NCBI GenBank assembly: GCA_015228875.1
Contig: JADGCS010000003.1
Span: forward strand, 20,473 to 84,472
From: Deltaproteobacteria bacterium
GTDB lineage: Bacteria > UBA10199 > JADGCS01
Direction: 5' to 3'
DNA: 64,000 bases
The notes below the pieces were generated by a model, which searched no databases, was not told where the DNA came from, and was given only the letters and a program-made list of their open reading frames with translations. Shown here in pieces: positions 27,432 to 37,624 of the stretch. The stretch's first letter is position 1. Each line of letters starts with the position of its first letter. Both the position numbers and the translations under genes were made by a program.

Positions 27432-30400
27432 TATAATTTGACTCATCAAAGTCTGGATCTAATTTTAACCTTTCAATTTCCTTCTCAACCTCGTGCGCTT
27501 TGTCCATCTGTTTTTTTATTTTATAGCTCTCTGCCTTTTGAGTCAGCAAACGGAGACGGTATTGTTTTAAGCTATCATGGGCGGATAAAATTTCTGCTGC
27601 CTGCCCCAGGTGCCAATCCCCCTCAATATGCTCACCTTTATGCAGGCAAGCCATGGCCATTGTAAGATGCGCACTGAAGAGGCAATACACCTTCTGATTG
27701 ACGTTAATAAAATCATTTTTTTTTATACAATCCAAAACAAATCCGGCATGCTTTTGAGCTCCATCAAAATCACCTTTTTTGAAACACAGTGTTGCCATGT
27801 TACCTGCAATAATGAACAGATTAACGCCCGCGTGAGATTTTTTGGCAAGATCAAGCGCATGTTTGTAGTACTTAACAGCTTCATCGTAATGATCTTCTGC
27901 ATCTTCTATATTGCCAAGTTCGTTATACACCGCATAAAGCCACTTGGGCGTTCTGTTTTGTTTTATCAGGTCAAGCGTTTGCAAAAGCAGTCTTTTGCCT
28001 TTAACAGGCTCACCGCTCCTCAAATACGCAACTCCCAACTTCATGATCGTGCGAGGGTAATAATCCAAGTGGGGGGTTTTTGAAACAACCGCCAATTGTT
28101 CTTCGAGATACGCTATAGCCTCTTTGTGTTTTCCACCGTAGTGAAATATCATATCGCTGTCGTTTCTCTTGATGGCCTCGATTTTTTCGTCATCATCAAG
28201 TTCATTGTGCCAGATCTTCCAGGTGGATTGCGCAATATCTTGAGCCCGATTAATATTGCCTGATTCGAGTTCTCGCATCGCCTCCCAGTTTTTTATACTG
28301 ACCCAAAGCGCCTTGTGGCTCCGCAAACCATGACACAGTTTTTTTGCCTGTTCAAAACATTCAGTTGATTTGTGGGCTGTGCCCTTGCGGTTAAAGCAGA
28401 GGCCAAGCAGATACAGTGCCCTAGTTTTAAACACAATATCAGTTGTCTGAGCTTCAAGCTTTGCAAACCACTCGACAGCGGAATCATAGTCGGCATCATC
28501 AAGAAATAATTCACCCAACATCAATAGCGCCTCGTCTCTCACAGAGGCCTTAATGCCATCCCTGCATAAAATATCAGCGAGGTTCTCCTTTGCTTGATCA
28601 AACTCAAGTTCTTCGTAGTTCTTTTTTGCAAGTTCCAACAGAAATAGAAATGCCTGCGGTCCCGTCCCCCTGCCTCTAAAGAACAAAATCTGATCCTTAC
28701 TTGCGCCTTTTTTTTCAAAGTACTCAGCCAGCCTTTCGCAGTATGCAGACTTTTCATCACATGCAATCCTGCTCATAATGATTTTTGCGAAGTTTGAATT
28801 TAAAAAGGTGATTCTATTACCTGATAATGGTTTGAATATTTTATGTTCTGTAAAATAGACCAGGTCTTCATTCAAGCGAAGGTTGCCTGTAATCTTTATC
28901 AGATCATCAATAGACAACATGTTTTCGGACAGCGCCATGTAATTTAAAGTATCTCTTTGCACATCGCTGAGATGAAGGGATTCGATGACCGCCAAAAAAC
29001 GATTCTGTATAAAACCACTCACCCCGTATTTTTTTATTTCTACTCCCAGATCATCCAATATTTTTTCTGACCACCTCCCCTGCGCGTCCCTGAAAAAACC
29101 TGCATCAAAGAGTGTCTTGATATATTCCGCCAGGAACAACGGATTCCCCTGTGTCTGTTCGAAGACGGTGTTCACAATCCAATCAGGGATTGCGTTAATT
29201 CCCGTAGCCTTTTGGATATATGTGCGCGTCAGGTCCAGATCGAAATTATCGAGTGCAATAACCTCTTTACATTCGTGCGGGTAATCATCCGGCTTTTGTC
29301 TTGTTGCAAACACAGTCAGGACAGGCTCCCGTTTGTAACAAAATGTGGCGTAAATGAGTTCATCACGGTCAATGGTGTTATTGTCGGCAAGTATCAAACA
29401 GGGGCTGGGCGCTTGGCCCTCGGGGTATTTGTCAAACTCTTCGAGTGTCAGTACAGACACAAAAAATTTCTGTGCCTCATGTTTGCATTCCTGCAAAAAA
29501 CGGGTTTTTCCGGTCCCTTCATTCCCGCTTATGATGAGATACGGTTCTTTGCTGTAAGTTTTGTTTCTGATTCGATCTTCAAAATAAAGTTTAAATTTTT
29601 CAAACTCGTCTTCTCGTCCAATCATCTCGCCCTGTTCCGGTAGATAACTCATGATAGTTTGCTTGGTCTCAACAGGATAATTCTTGAACGTCAGAATGTT
29701 GATCTCTTCGATGACATCTGATGCTTTTGAATAACGGTCTTTCGGGTCCTTGCTTAATAACTTAAGTATAATTTTATCGAGATATTCCGGCACAGCATGG
29801 TTAAGTGATGAAGGTGCCAAGGGTGACTGCAAAAGATGTTTTTGATGTATTTCCTCAGGATAATGCCCCCTAAAAGGCTGCGTGCCAGCAAGAACCTTGA
29901 AGAAAGAGCAGGCCAGCGAATAAAGATCGGCCCTGCCATCAAAAGACTCACCCTTGATGATTTCGGGGGCAGTAAAGGGCGCAGTTCCGATGATCGCCGC
30001 TAGTCCCTCATTGCTCTGAGCCCTTGTCGCCGTTGCCCTGGAATGGGCAAAACCAAAATCAATGATTTTAACAAGGGGACCGCCCCCATCATCTGTGGTC
30101 ACAAGAATATTTTGCGGTTTAATGTCAAGATGGCAAATACCGTGCTGATGAAGGTAATTAAGGGCCCGCAACGATTGTATAAGCAGTTCTTCGACAAACT
30201 CAACTGGCTTATCCACGGCCGCATAAAACAAGTCTTTGCCGTCCACATATTCTGTCACAATGTAGAGTCTGTCCGTTTCGTCATCAAAGCCTGTATCATA
30301 AACACGAGCAATGTAGGGATGATTGAGATTTTTGAGAACATCAAACTCTTCCTTGAAAGCATGGCGAGTAGCAGCCTTGCCACTCGTGCGTGATTTTCTT

Positions 30401-30516
30401 AAAAACTTGACGGCACAGTTTTGTCCGGTTTTACTGTCTTTGGCAAGCACGACCTCACCAGTCACCCCCCTTCCAAGGTACCTGATTTGCTGGTAGCGTT
30501 CTGAAAATCGGGGCAT
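27406..30516 (-). CDS. STAND-type signalling protein: N-terminal Ser/Thr protein kinase + AAA/NTPase domain + C-terminal TPR repeats
   Basis: Kinase subdomains (GRGVTGEVVLAKD…AVKFL; HRD-like ICHLDIKPQNIL; DFGFA; APE-like TAPFTAPE); P-loop ISGNEGTGKTRFL and Walker-B-like CLILAD; extensive TPR region; start ATG with GAGGGA RBS 8 nt after stop of upstream XRE gene. Confidence 0.8.
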   Translation of the reverse strand: MPRFSERYQQIRYLGRGVTGEVVLAKDSKTGQNCAVKFLRKSRTSGKAATRHAFKEEFDVLKNLNHPYIARVYDTGFDDETDRLYIVTEYVDGKDLFYAAVDKPVEFVEELLIQSLRALNYLHQHGICHLDIKPQNILVTTDDGGGPLVKIIDFGFAHSRATATRAQSNEGLAAIIGTAPFTAPEIIKGESFDGRADLYSLACSFFKVLAGTQPFRGHYPEEIHQKHLLQSPLAPSSLNHAVPEYLDKIILKLLSKDPKDRYSKASDVIEEINILTFKNYPVETKQTIMSYLPEQGEMIGREDEFEKFKLYFEDRIRNKTYSKEPYLIISGNEGTGKTRFLQECKHEAQKFFVSVLTLEEFDKYPEGQAPSPCLILADNNTIDRDELIYATFCYKREPVLTVFATRQKPDDYPHECKEVIALDNFDLDLTRTYIQKATGINAIPDWIVNTVFEQTQGNPLFLAEYIKTLFDAGFFRDAQGRWSEKILDDLGVEIKKYGVSGFIQNRFLAVIESLHLSDVQRDTLNYMALSENMLSIDDLIKITGNLRLNEDLVYFTEHKIFKPLSGNRITFLNSNFAKIIMSRIACDEKSAYCERLAEYFEKKGASKDQILFFRGRGTGPQAFLFLLELAKKNYEELEFDQAKENLADILCRDGIKASVRDEALLMLGELFLDDADYDSAVEWFAKLEAQTTDIVFKTRALYLLGLCFNRKGTAHKSTECFEQAKKLCHGLRSHKALWVSIKNWEAMRELESGNINRAQDIAQSTWKIWHNELDDDEKIEAIKRNDSDMIFHYGGKHKEAIAYLEEQLAVVSKTPHLDYYPRTIMKLGVAYLRSGEPVKGKRLLLQTLDLIKQNRTPKWLYAVYNELGNIEDAEDHYDEAVKYYKHALDLAKKSHAGVNLFIIAGNMATLCFKKGDFDGAQKHAGFVLDCIKKNDFINVNQKVYCLFSAHLTMAMACLHKGEHIEGDWHLGQAAEILSAHDSLKQYRLRLLTQKAESYKIKKQMDKAHEVEKEIERLKLDPDFDESNYRAPLKNLP

Positions 30517-30524
30517 GTGATCCC

Positions 30525-32225
30525 TCAGAAAAGTTGTTTAAGACGCTTTGTAACCTCGTCTGCCGAAAGGTCAAATTTATCAGCCAAAGAATCAAGATTG
30601 TTGTCCGAGATTCTCTGATAGGCCACCTGTATGTTGCCCATTCTTTTTTCGTAATCGTCCAAAGACTCCTTGCGGCGTTTCATGAGCATCTCGGTGATAA
30701 ATGATACAAACATCTGGTAGCATTCATTGATCAACGCATGCTGATACTCGGGGTCGAACCTGAATTCACTGCGTTTGGGCTGTTTGACGAGCATAACGGA
30801 ACCGAGTCCGTGAATTCTGTGATTGTCCCTGAAAGTTTTAATGCGTCTTGAGGTAATGGTCGAAACCTGTTGGCTTCGCTTCTCGATCATGTTTGAACTG
30901 ATCTCGACAAGATGCTCTCTGAGACGATTGAGTTCATTTACCACTTTAAATAATGATTCGGGCCTCATCGGGATCTGTGGGTATTGTTGCAGCATCTCCT
31001 CGATCGCGTCAATTTTCATGACAGGAAAATCACAGTCCACAAAATAATTAACAAGTTTAAGCGTGGCATTGAGTGGCGTGATCTCTTTGCGACGGGGTTG
31101 GTATTTCTCATCAAGGAGAGGTTCGTGATGATCAATAAGACATCTGACGACTGCATCGGGACAGTTCCAGTTGGCCGCAATCATCCCGCTAACAACCGGA
31201 TGCAGGTGATAGTGCATCATGTCATTGATTGAGAGCAAGAGATCAGAAAAAGACTCATCTTTGAAGTCAACATTTTCTTCGAGAAGTGAGGGACTCAGCA
31301 TCGAACAAAAGGCCTGTACACTGGCCGATTGCGCTAAAACACAGGTGTACAGATGATCAAAGTTAACGGTATCTGGCAGATAGGGCTTAAGCCTTTGAGT
31401 CATTAAACCTGCCAAACTAGAAAACTCATTAAACTGCTGTAAAAAGACAAGATCTTCACTGTAGTTGTAAATGCCGCATGGGTGCGATGCCACAAGCAAC
31501 AGTGTTTTAAACTGTTCAATGGTAAGCCGGTTAAAACAATCCAAAATATTCAACGATGGGGCGTCATAAAAAAAGATGGTGTTGGCAGCGTACGTGATAA
31601 AGGGTCCAAAATAAGGATCCCTAGCCACATAGCCGGCAAAACTTTCGCCGTCGACTACATAATCCTGTATTTCGTAAAGATAACCATCCTTGCCCTTGTA
31701 TTCAGCAAGCGTGCTTAAGATCATAAACAACGGCATGGGCATAATAGGCAGCCTGTAAAGACGAGAAACAGACTTGTGCATGTTGGCAAGTGCGGTTACA
31801 ATTTTGGGATCAAGTTTTGTTGTAAACCTTTCGTCATACGCCTTTTTAAGCTTTTCCACAGCCAGTTCCCAGTCCGCGGCGTATTTTAAGGCGCCGTCTT
31901 CTGCGGGTTTGTCCTCGAATTTTTTACCGGCCTGATGCATGGCATAGGCCCGCCACTGCAAGAGTTTCTCAAGCGGGATTTCAAGTATTTTTGCAAGACT
32001 GATCATGGCAACTTTTTCTGGTATGAGTTCGCCGCATTCGTACCTCATGTAATCGCGGCGAGACATGCCCAGAGCCTCGGCCAGATCACCGCTGCGAATC
32101 CCCTTTTTTTCACGAACACGCATGAGCCGTGATCCAAAGTGCAGGTATTTAAGTGTGGTGCGCAGGGCCATTTTATCAATATTGCCCTCTCCGCTGATGT
32201 AAGAGGTGGTCTGATTGTCTGCCAT
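30525..32225 (-). CDS. XRE-family HTH protein with large uncharacterised C-terminal domain (566 aa)
   Basis: N-terminal HTH_XRE (LMRVREKKGIRSGDLAEALGMSRRDYMRYECGELIPEKVAMISLAKILEIPLEKL); remaining ~450 aa no recognised motif; translationally coupled to kinase. Confidence 0.65.
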   Translation of the reverse strand: MADNQTTSYISGEGNIDKMALRTTLKYLHFGSRLMRVREKKGIRSGDLAEALGMSRRDYMRYECGELIPEKVAMISLAKILEIPLEKLLQWRAYAMHQAGKKFEDKPAEDGALKYAADWELAVEKLKKAYDERFTTKLDPKIVTALANMHKSVSRLYRLPIMPMPLFMILSTLAEYKGKDGYLYEIQDYVVDGESFAGYVARDPYFGPFITYAANTIFFYDAPSLNILDCFNRLTIEQFKTLLLVASHPCGIYNYSEDLVFLQQFNEFSSLAGLMTQRLKPYLPDTVNFDHLYTCVLAQSASVQAFCSMLSPSLLEENVDFKDESFSDLLLSINDMMHYHLHPVVSGMIAANWNCPDAVVRCLIDHHEPLLDEKYQPRRKEITPLNATLKLVNYFVDCDFPVMKIDAIEEMLQQYPQIPMRPESLFKVVNELNRLREHLVEISSNMIEKRSQQVSTITSRRIKTFRDNHRIHGLGSVMLVKQPKRSEFRFDPEYQHALINECYQMFVSFITEMLMKRRKESLDDYEKRMGNIQVAYQRISDNNLDSLADKFDLSADEVTKRLKQLF

Positions 32226-32239
32226 AAATGATCCTTTCG

Positions 32240-32866
32240 TTATGGTGCCATTAACGACCACACCTTGTGTAAAAAAAACAGCGATTTTTTATTAAAGACC
32301 TGAGCCCCAAATGCCGTGTTAAGCGCTGTAAGCACAATGATGTTGTTGTCAAACTGCACACGCCTGAAGATAAGTGTTTTGCCCGTGTCAGCAACCACAA
32401 GATCATGATTATCAACAGGTGTAGAAGGGGTTACAACAAGTCGCCAGCCTTCACCGATGGGGTCCATGGCCCTGTCTTTGACAACGACCGCATAACAACA
32501 GGGATCATCCGGCCGTGACGTGTTACTGAGATAATCCAGAGGTTTTCCCTTAAAAAGACCCGCCTTGTCAAACTTGAGGGGACCATGCAGTCGCTTGGTG
32601 TTGACAAGACCTATCACGGGGACACCGGTGACAGCACCCGGTTTTTCACCTTCCTGTGCTGCCATGGCAAAGAGAAAGGAAAGATCAGTCCCCAGTGCCT
32701 CTGCGACCCGCTCCATCGTGGCCATGCCGACATTGTCTGCGATGTCGTTGTCCTGCTCGATGCAATTCATATAACTTAAACTGATAGCGGCATTACGTGC
32801 TAAATCCCCCTGCGAAAGTCCCTTACGACGCCTGATTTCTCTTATAATTTTTCCCAGTTTAATCAT
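32240..32866 (-). CDS. CI/LexA-like repressor: XRE HTH + S24-peptidase-like C-terminal domain with Ser->Ala at the nucleophile position
   Basis: MIKLGKIIREIRRRKGLSQGDLARNAAISLSYMNCIEQ HTH; C-terminal VVKDRAMDPIGEGWRLVV…VVADTGKTLIFRRV resembles LexA/CI S24 fold but GDSM motif is DRAM. Confidence 0.6.
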   Translation of the reverse strand: MIKLGKIIREIRRRKGLSQGDLARNAAISLSYMNCIEQDNDIADNVGMATMERVAEALGTDLSFLFAMAAQEGEKPGAVTGVPVIGLVNTKRLHGPLKFDKAGLFKGKPLDYLSNTSRPDDPCCYAVVVKDRAMDPIGEGWRLVVTPSTPVDNHDLVVADTGKTLIFRRVQFDNNIIVLTALNTAFGAQVFNKKSLFFLHKVWSLMAP

Positions 32867-33061
32867 TTGATTGGCCTTTGTGCCTGTAAACCATATCACA
32901 ATCAAAACAACCATCAACAATAAAATTGTAATATATTATAAAAAAACTTAGCAACTTTTATTTTAATATAGTCGAAAATAATTGCAAGAGTAATGTTAAT
33001 CATTATGATATAGTTAATATGTGTCCCACGAATAATGCGAAGGACCAAAGGAGTATTCATC

Positions 33062-33775
33062 ATGACAACAAACAACACATGCGACAATCCACTGAAAATC
33101 ATGAATATTGTAAGACAGGCGGCCCATGACATCAGGAGTCCCCTTGAAGCATTAACCATCATCATAAAGTGTTGCGAAAAAAAATTAAACAGGGATGAGA
33201 TGGCCATCATCGTCAGCGCGATGGACAGGATTAAGATAATTGCCAATGACATCCTTGAAGATCACCGTCATAAAAAAAACAACCTCAACTTGAAACACGT
33301 ATCGATTACCGATGTTGCAAAAACTGTTGAAGATATTGTTGCCGAAAAAAAGATGCAATACATGGAAACACCTCAGATACACATCCTTGCGGATACGTAT
33401 GCCGCCCAGTGTAAAAGTATGCGGCATAGAGGAATCAAGGTCGACTTGGATACCTTTGCCAGAACACTCTCCAACATCATTAACAACGCCATTGAGGCTG
33501 TCGAGGGCGATGGACGTGTGTTGATCACGTTCCATACACAAGGAAACCACGCCCTCCTTTGTGTTGCGGATAATGGCAAAGGTATTGACCCCAGTATCTT
33601 GCCCCTGCTGATGCAAGAAGGTGCTACATTTAAAAAAGACCACGGAAATGGGCTTGGGCTGTATCATGCCCGCCAGGCCGTCACATCGTGGGGAGGACTC
33701 ATAAAAATCGAGTCAAACGCGGGCAGGGGCACCGTTGTGCACATGCAAATTCCCACAATCGCAAGGTGTTGGTGA
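33062..33775 (+). CDS. cytoplasmic sensor histidine kinase (HisKA + HATPase_c), no cognate response regulator adjacent
   Basis: ATG 33062 with AAAGGAG RBS; H-box AAHDIRSPLEAL; N/G boxes IINNAIEAV, DNGKGID, GNGLGL; divergent from CI-like gene across ~195-bp AT-rich region with palindromes (ATCATTATGAT; TTGTAATATATTATAA). Confidence 0.75.
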   Translation: MTTNNTCDNPLKIMNIVRQAAHDIRSPLEALTIIIKCCEKKLNRDEMAIIVSAMDRIKIIANDILEDHRHKKNNLNLKHVSITDVAKTVEDIVAEKKMQYMETPQIHILADTYAAQCKSMRHRGIKVDLDTFARTLSNIINNAIEAVEGDGRVLITFHTQGNHALLCVADNGKGIDPSILPLLMQEGATFKKDHGNGLGLYHARQAVTSWGGLIKIESNAGRGTVVHMQIPTIARCW

Positions 33776-34117
33776 CAAGCATGATCCTGTTTGCTTGCAA
33801 CAGTCGCCGTGTTAAACATCGCAGGCAAATTTTTCCGGCTTTTCTCTATCCTGTATATTCCCTTGAGAAAAAATGGTCGCCCTTGACCCGCCGCTTATTG
33901 TCGCGCCGATCGGGTGCCTTGCAACAAGTTGTTTTGTGGCTTGTTTATCAGCAATGCGCCCCATGATTATTTTTTTTAAATTCTGGAATATTCTTTGCTG
34001 CTTCAATGGTGTAATATAGTGGATCGGGGGGCAGATCGAGGGGGATGCAGTATTTGACACCGCTTAACATCGTATGACTGCTTACAACATGGGGTGATAT
34101 TTAAAAAAGGGGGGCGC

Positions 34118-36166
34118 ATGAACTTTCATATCATCACACAATCGCGCATCATCGTCTGTCTCTGTGTTTTATTTTTACTGCCCTGCCTTACGCACTGCGG
34201 CTCAAATTCTGCGATATCCACCTCCACATCAACCACATCTACATTCAGTCTGACGGGACAGGTCACCATGCCTTCGTCAGTATCCACAAGTGTGAGTTAT
34301 CTCACAAAAGCCATACCCTCTTTGATCACAGAGGCCGCTGCGCCAGCTGCCCTCTGTTACATCTACAACAACACCAATCCACCCGCTGACGGCAGTTACA
34401 TTGCAGAGGTTATGACCGGCAGTGACGGCACGTATTCTGCCGCCGTTGATATCAGCGATGTCAATGCCGGCGACACACTGTGCGTTGTCTGCGACGACGT
34501 AGGGATAAGCGGCTGTTTCGAACTGCCAACCGACCTGGGAACAGGTACAGCATCTCTTGGCACCGCCAACTTTACAACCACGCTTGTTGTGGAACAACTC
34601 AGAGACAGGCTCGGCTCAATCAACTGGGGGAGCCTTGATTTGGACGGGGCAGAGGCCGACTTTAACGTGGTGTGCTTTTTGAGACTGGCGGCCGAGCAGT
34701 GGGAAAATGCGGCCACACAGGGAGACTCCTATATCGAGGCCAATATGGGTTTGCTCGAGGAGCAGATGGCAGAGGCCCTGGTCAATTATCACAATGGAGA
34801 GGCCGGCACATATGCATCACCGGCCGACATGTATCAGGACATGTTCGATAATGACAGCACTTATAATATTGTGACCGGTGTTTTAGAGGATTACTATGCC
34901 GGCACACCGGGGACTGATGCTCCCGCCAGCCTTATTAAGACCGTAGAAACAACGGCCGCTGATGGCAGTTTCTGCGGCGAGATTCTTGCTGACGAGACCT
35001 ACCTCGACACCGCCATGGATGTGTTGATGCAGGCAGGCAGCATTGAGGAATTCACACAAACATACGCCAACGCCTCTGCTGTTGAATTTTTGGTAGAAAC
35101 GTTCGCGCAATATGAGGGTGATGATGGTTATGTCGATTTTGACAACGCCGGCTATGGATGGCACACTGATGCCTTTGCAGGCATGATGCAGGGGCTGGGC
35201 GGTTCCTATTCCGGTGCCTCGCCACAGATCATTATTACCCTCATGGGAAGCCTGCCCGCTGCGGATAATGCCAACTTTGACTGGGACAACTACGGCAGGG
35301 GCTATATCGCCACCTTTATGGATTACAGGGAGGAAGGCGGCGCCCCAAGCGCCGAAGAACTGGAGCAGATTGCTGGATACATTGCCTATCAGACCGAGGC
35401 CGGTATTATTTTTGACCCCACAACAGATGCGTACGCTAATTATGCGTGGCGTGATGAGTTTGAAAATGCCTACGATAATGGCACCAACGACTTTAACACC
35501 TGTGTCGATGATCCGGCATTATGTTATCAGACCTACTCAAACACCTATGTCACCGACACTTTTACTCAGTCAACAGCCACAACATGTGTTGTGGACGGCA
35601 CTTGCGCGGCAACCGAAGACGTTTACATCTGTCCCGCTGACTGCGCCCCAACCAACACAGTGGTTACAGCTGTGTGCGGGGACAATTATTGCGATATCAC
35701 CACGGGGGAACGGTATACCTGTCCCGCAGACTGCATAACCAGCACTTGCGGCAATGCGGTTTGCGATACCAGCGAGACAACGGCCAGTTGTCCTGTGGAC
35801 TGCCCGCTGATAAACACACCGGGAACAATAAGCAAACCAGATCTTTCCGGTCTTTATTATTGGGGGTCATCGGTTCTCGCACCCTGCAGAGATAAACTTG
35901 GCGGCGGGGTTTCTGTCTCGCTGATGTCCCGAAATACGGAGAATTCGGCATACAATGTGTTGAATGCGGGAACTGCATTGGGTTACATCACAATTAATTC
36001 TGTCGATAACAGTTCCGTAGACACAATTTACTGGTGCGCCTTTACCGGCATAGGTTCTGTGAACAACGGCTATTACTGCGAGATGCGCGGCTCAGGTACC
36101 TATAATCTGTACCCCACCGTTGTCATAGGGATAGATGAGTGTCTTAACACCGCAATCAAGTATTGA
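34118..36166 (+). CDS. secreted Cys-rich protein, unknown function
   Basis: Signal peptide MNFHIITQSRIIVCLCVLFLLPCLTHCGS; C-terminal repeated CPADC…CGDNYCD / CPADC…CGNAVCD…CPVDC motifs. Confidence 0.55.
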   Translation: MNFHIITQSRIIVCLCVLFLLPCLTHCGSNSAISTSTSTTSTFSLTGQVTMPSSVSTSVSYLTKAIPSLITEAAAPAALCYIYNNTNPPADGSYIAEVMTGSDGTYSAAVDISDVNAGDTLCVVCDDVGISGCFELPTDLGTGTASLGTANFTTTLVVEQLRDRLGSINWGSLDLDGAEADFNVVCFLRLAAEQWENAATQGDSYIEANMGLLEEQMAEALVNYHNGEAGTYASPADMYQDMFDNDSTYNIVTGVLEDYYAGTPGTDAPASLIKTVETTAADGSFCGEILADETYLDTAMDVLMQAGSIEEFTQTYANASAVEFLVETFAQYEGDDGYVDFDNAGYGWHTDAFAGMMQGLGGSYSGASPQIIITLMGSLPAADNANFDWDNYGRGYIATFMDYREEGGAPSAEELEQIAGYIAYQTEAGIIFDPTTDAYANYAWRDEFENAYDNGTNDFNTCVDDPALCYQTYSNTYVTDTFTQSTATTCVVDGTCAATEDVYICPADCAPTNTVVTAVCGDNYCDITTGERYTCPADCITSTCGNAVCDTSETTASCPVDCPLINTPGTISKPDLSGLYYWGSSVLAPCRDKLGGGVSVSLMSRNTENSAYNVLNAGTALGYITINSVDNSSVDTIYWCAFTGIGSVNNGYYCEMRGSGTYNLYPTVVIGIDECLNTAIKY

Positions 36167-36243
36167 TTGTTTTGTGACCTGACGCCACACACCCTCCATC
36201 CCCCAACGAGATTTTACTCCGGCAGAAAAAAGTACTCCGGTTC

Positions 36244-36362
36244 CAAGTTACTAACTTGACTTTGATGCCCGAAGGAAATCCCCTTGGGGGACGCGGTTGA
36301 ATTCTTCCATCTTGCGAGGGATGCACCCGCGCTCTGTCTACCTTGAAATTCCTAGACATTCA
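36244..36362. repeat. R2 repeat copy a (contains 15-bp palindrome CAAGTTACTAACTTG + ~90-bp conserved tail)
   Basis: CAAGTTACTAACTTGACTTTGA[TGCCCGAAGGAAATCCCCTTGGGGGAC]GCGGTTGAATTCTTCCATCTTGCGAGGGATGCACCCGCGCTCTGTCTACCTTGAAATTCCTAGACATTC; homologous to 46359-46449. Confidence 0.75.
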
Positions 36363-36445
36363 AAAACAATCTCGTCTTGACCTGTCAAACATCGTCCCAT
36401 TATAGCCTTGGAACATACAAACATACATATCACGTGGGAGGAATT

Positions 36446-37624
36446 ATGAGAGCAATGTTTACGGGTCCGCAGCCAAAAATTTTGATGCTGGGTGTGGGTG
36501 AGCAGGGTGGGTGTATTCTGGACATGTTACTTAAAGACGGGTTTCATGACATCCACATCGTGGATAAAAACACGGCCAGGGTCACAGCGCTCACACAACA
36601 ATACGGCAACGCAGTGAGAGCCTGTACCGACGCCCCTGATTGCCTATCGGGGGATCATACAGACCGCTTTGTTAAAAGTTATGACGCTGTCATCGATTCC
36701 CTGCCTGCGAGATTTTCATGGCCATACATGCAGGCTGCGGCACGCACCGGCACAAACATGGTCAGTGTTTCATTTCTCGAAGAAGATTTTATGTCACTCG
36801 ATGGCACAGCGGCTAAAAACGGCTCACTTATTATCCCCGATGCCGGCGCAGCCCCGGGACTTGTGGGTCTGATGGCGGCCCACGGCAGCGCACTTCTTGA
36901 CGGGGCCGATGTCATCATCGAAAAACTCGGCGCCCTGTCGGCAAGGCCCACTCCCCCTTATTTTCATGCCAACATGTGGTGTACAACAGACCTTATGGAA
37001 GAATATATCAGACAGGCCCTTGTGCGCGTTGATGGCGAGCTTAAACGAGTCGATCCTCTGCAAACAATCGAACGCGAAATCATCAGGGGCATGGGCGAAG
37101 AAATGGAATCCTTTATCACCGATGGCGTGCGGTCACAGGCGCAAAACCTCCCCGCAGTCAAAACATTTATCGAAAGAACCCTGCGCATCAAGGGTCATCT
37201 GGCGTTCATGAAAAACCTGTTTCATGCGGGTGCCTTAAGTTACAACGACATCACGCTGCCAGACGGCAGCACGATAAAGGCTTACGAGCTGCTGGCCAAA
37301 ATACTGGACAAACAGTTCGGCAACCTGCCTGCGGAGGACAGGTTTGTCATGGACATCACGGCCTCAAAGGGCAGCGCAGCAAGCCAAAGGCGCGTCAATA
37401 TTTTTTACCTGATGGCATACGACCACAAAAATAAAATCGGCGCCCTCACCAAGGCCGTAGCGTTGACTGCGTACATCAGCCTCAGACTCATGCTCGATGG
37501 CACCATTACTGAAAAGGGCGTGTACCCCTTGGAGCGACTGGGCCACAGGCCTCATATATATCAGGCCTATATCAACGCCCACCGCGAGGCAGGGGCAAGG
37601 ATCGATGAAGAAAGTGCTGTATAG
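36446..37624 (+). CDS. saccharopine dehydrogenase-family NAD(P)-binding protein (carboxynorspermidine/homospermidine-synthase-like fold)
   Basis: ATG 36446 with GGGAGGAAT RBS; N-terminal Rossmann ILMLGVGEQGGCILDMLLKDG; ~390 aa. Confidence 0.55.
   Translation: MRAMFTGPQPKILMLGVGEQGGCILDMLLKDGFHDIHIVDKNTARVTALTQQYGNAVRACTDAPDCLSGDHTDRFVKSYDAVIDSLPARFSWPYMQAAARTGTNMVSVSFLEEDFMSLDGTAAKNGSLIIPDAGAAPGLVGLMAAHGSALLDGADVIIEKLGALSARPTPPYFHANMWCTTDLMEEYIRQALVRVDGELKRVDPLQTIEREIIRGMGEEMESFITDGVRSQAQNLPAVKTFIERTLRIKGHLAFMKNLFHAGALSYNDITLPDGSTIKAYELLAKILDKQFGNLPAEDRFVMDITASKGSAASQRRVNIFYLMAYDHKNKIGALTKAVALTAYISLRLMLDGTITEKGVYPLERLGHRPHIYQAYINAHREAGARIDEESAV

Noticed and set aside
29170-29340. Possibility that the segment shared with 21700-21872 is a mobile element inserted into the kinase gene
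   Set aside because: In the kinase it encodes conserved AAA/NTPase-domain residues (…ATRQKPDD…) contiguous with the Walker A and B motifs. It is therefore native, and the intergenic copy is the derived fragment.
36156-36359. Conserved small ORFs MSRNFKVDRARVH… (36156-36359) and MYRNFKVDRARVH… (46152-46448) as a protein family
   Set aside because: The conservation coincides exactly with the R2 nucleotide repeat, the substitutions are non-synonymous, and the similarity stops at the repeat boundary. This is a repeat artefact.
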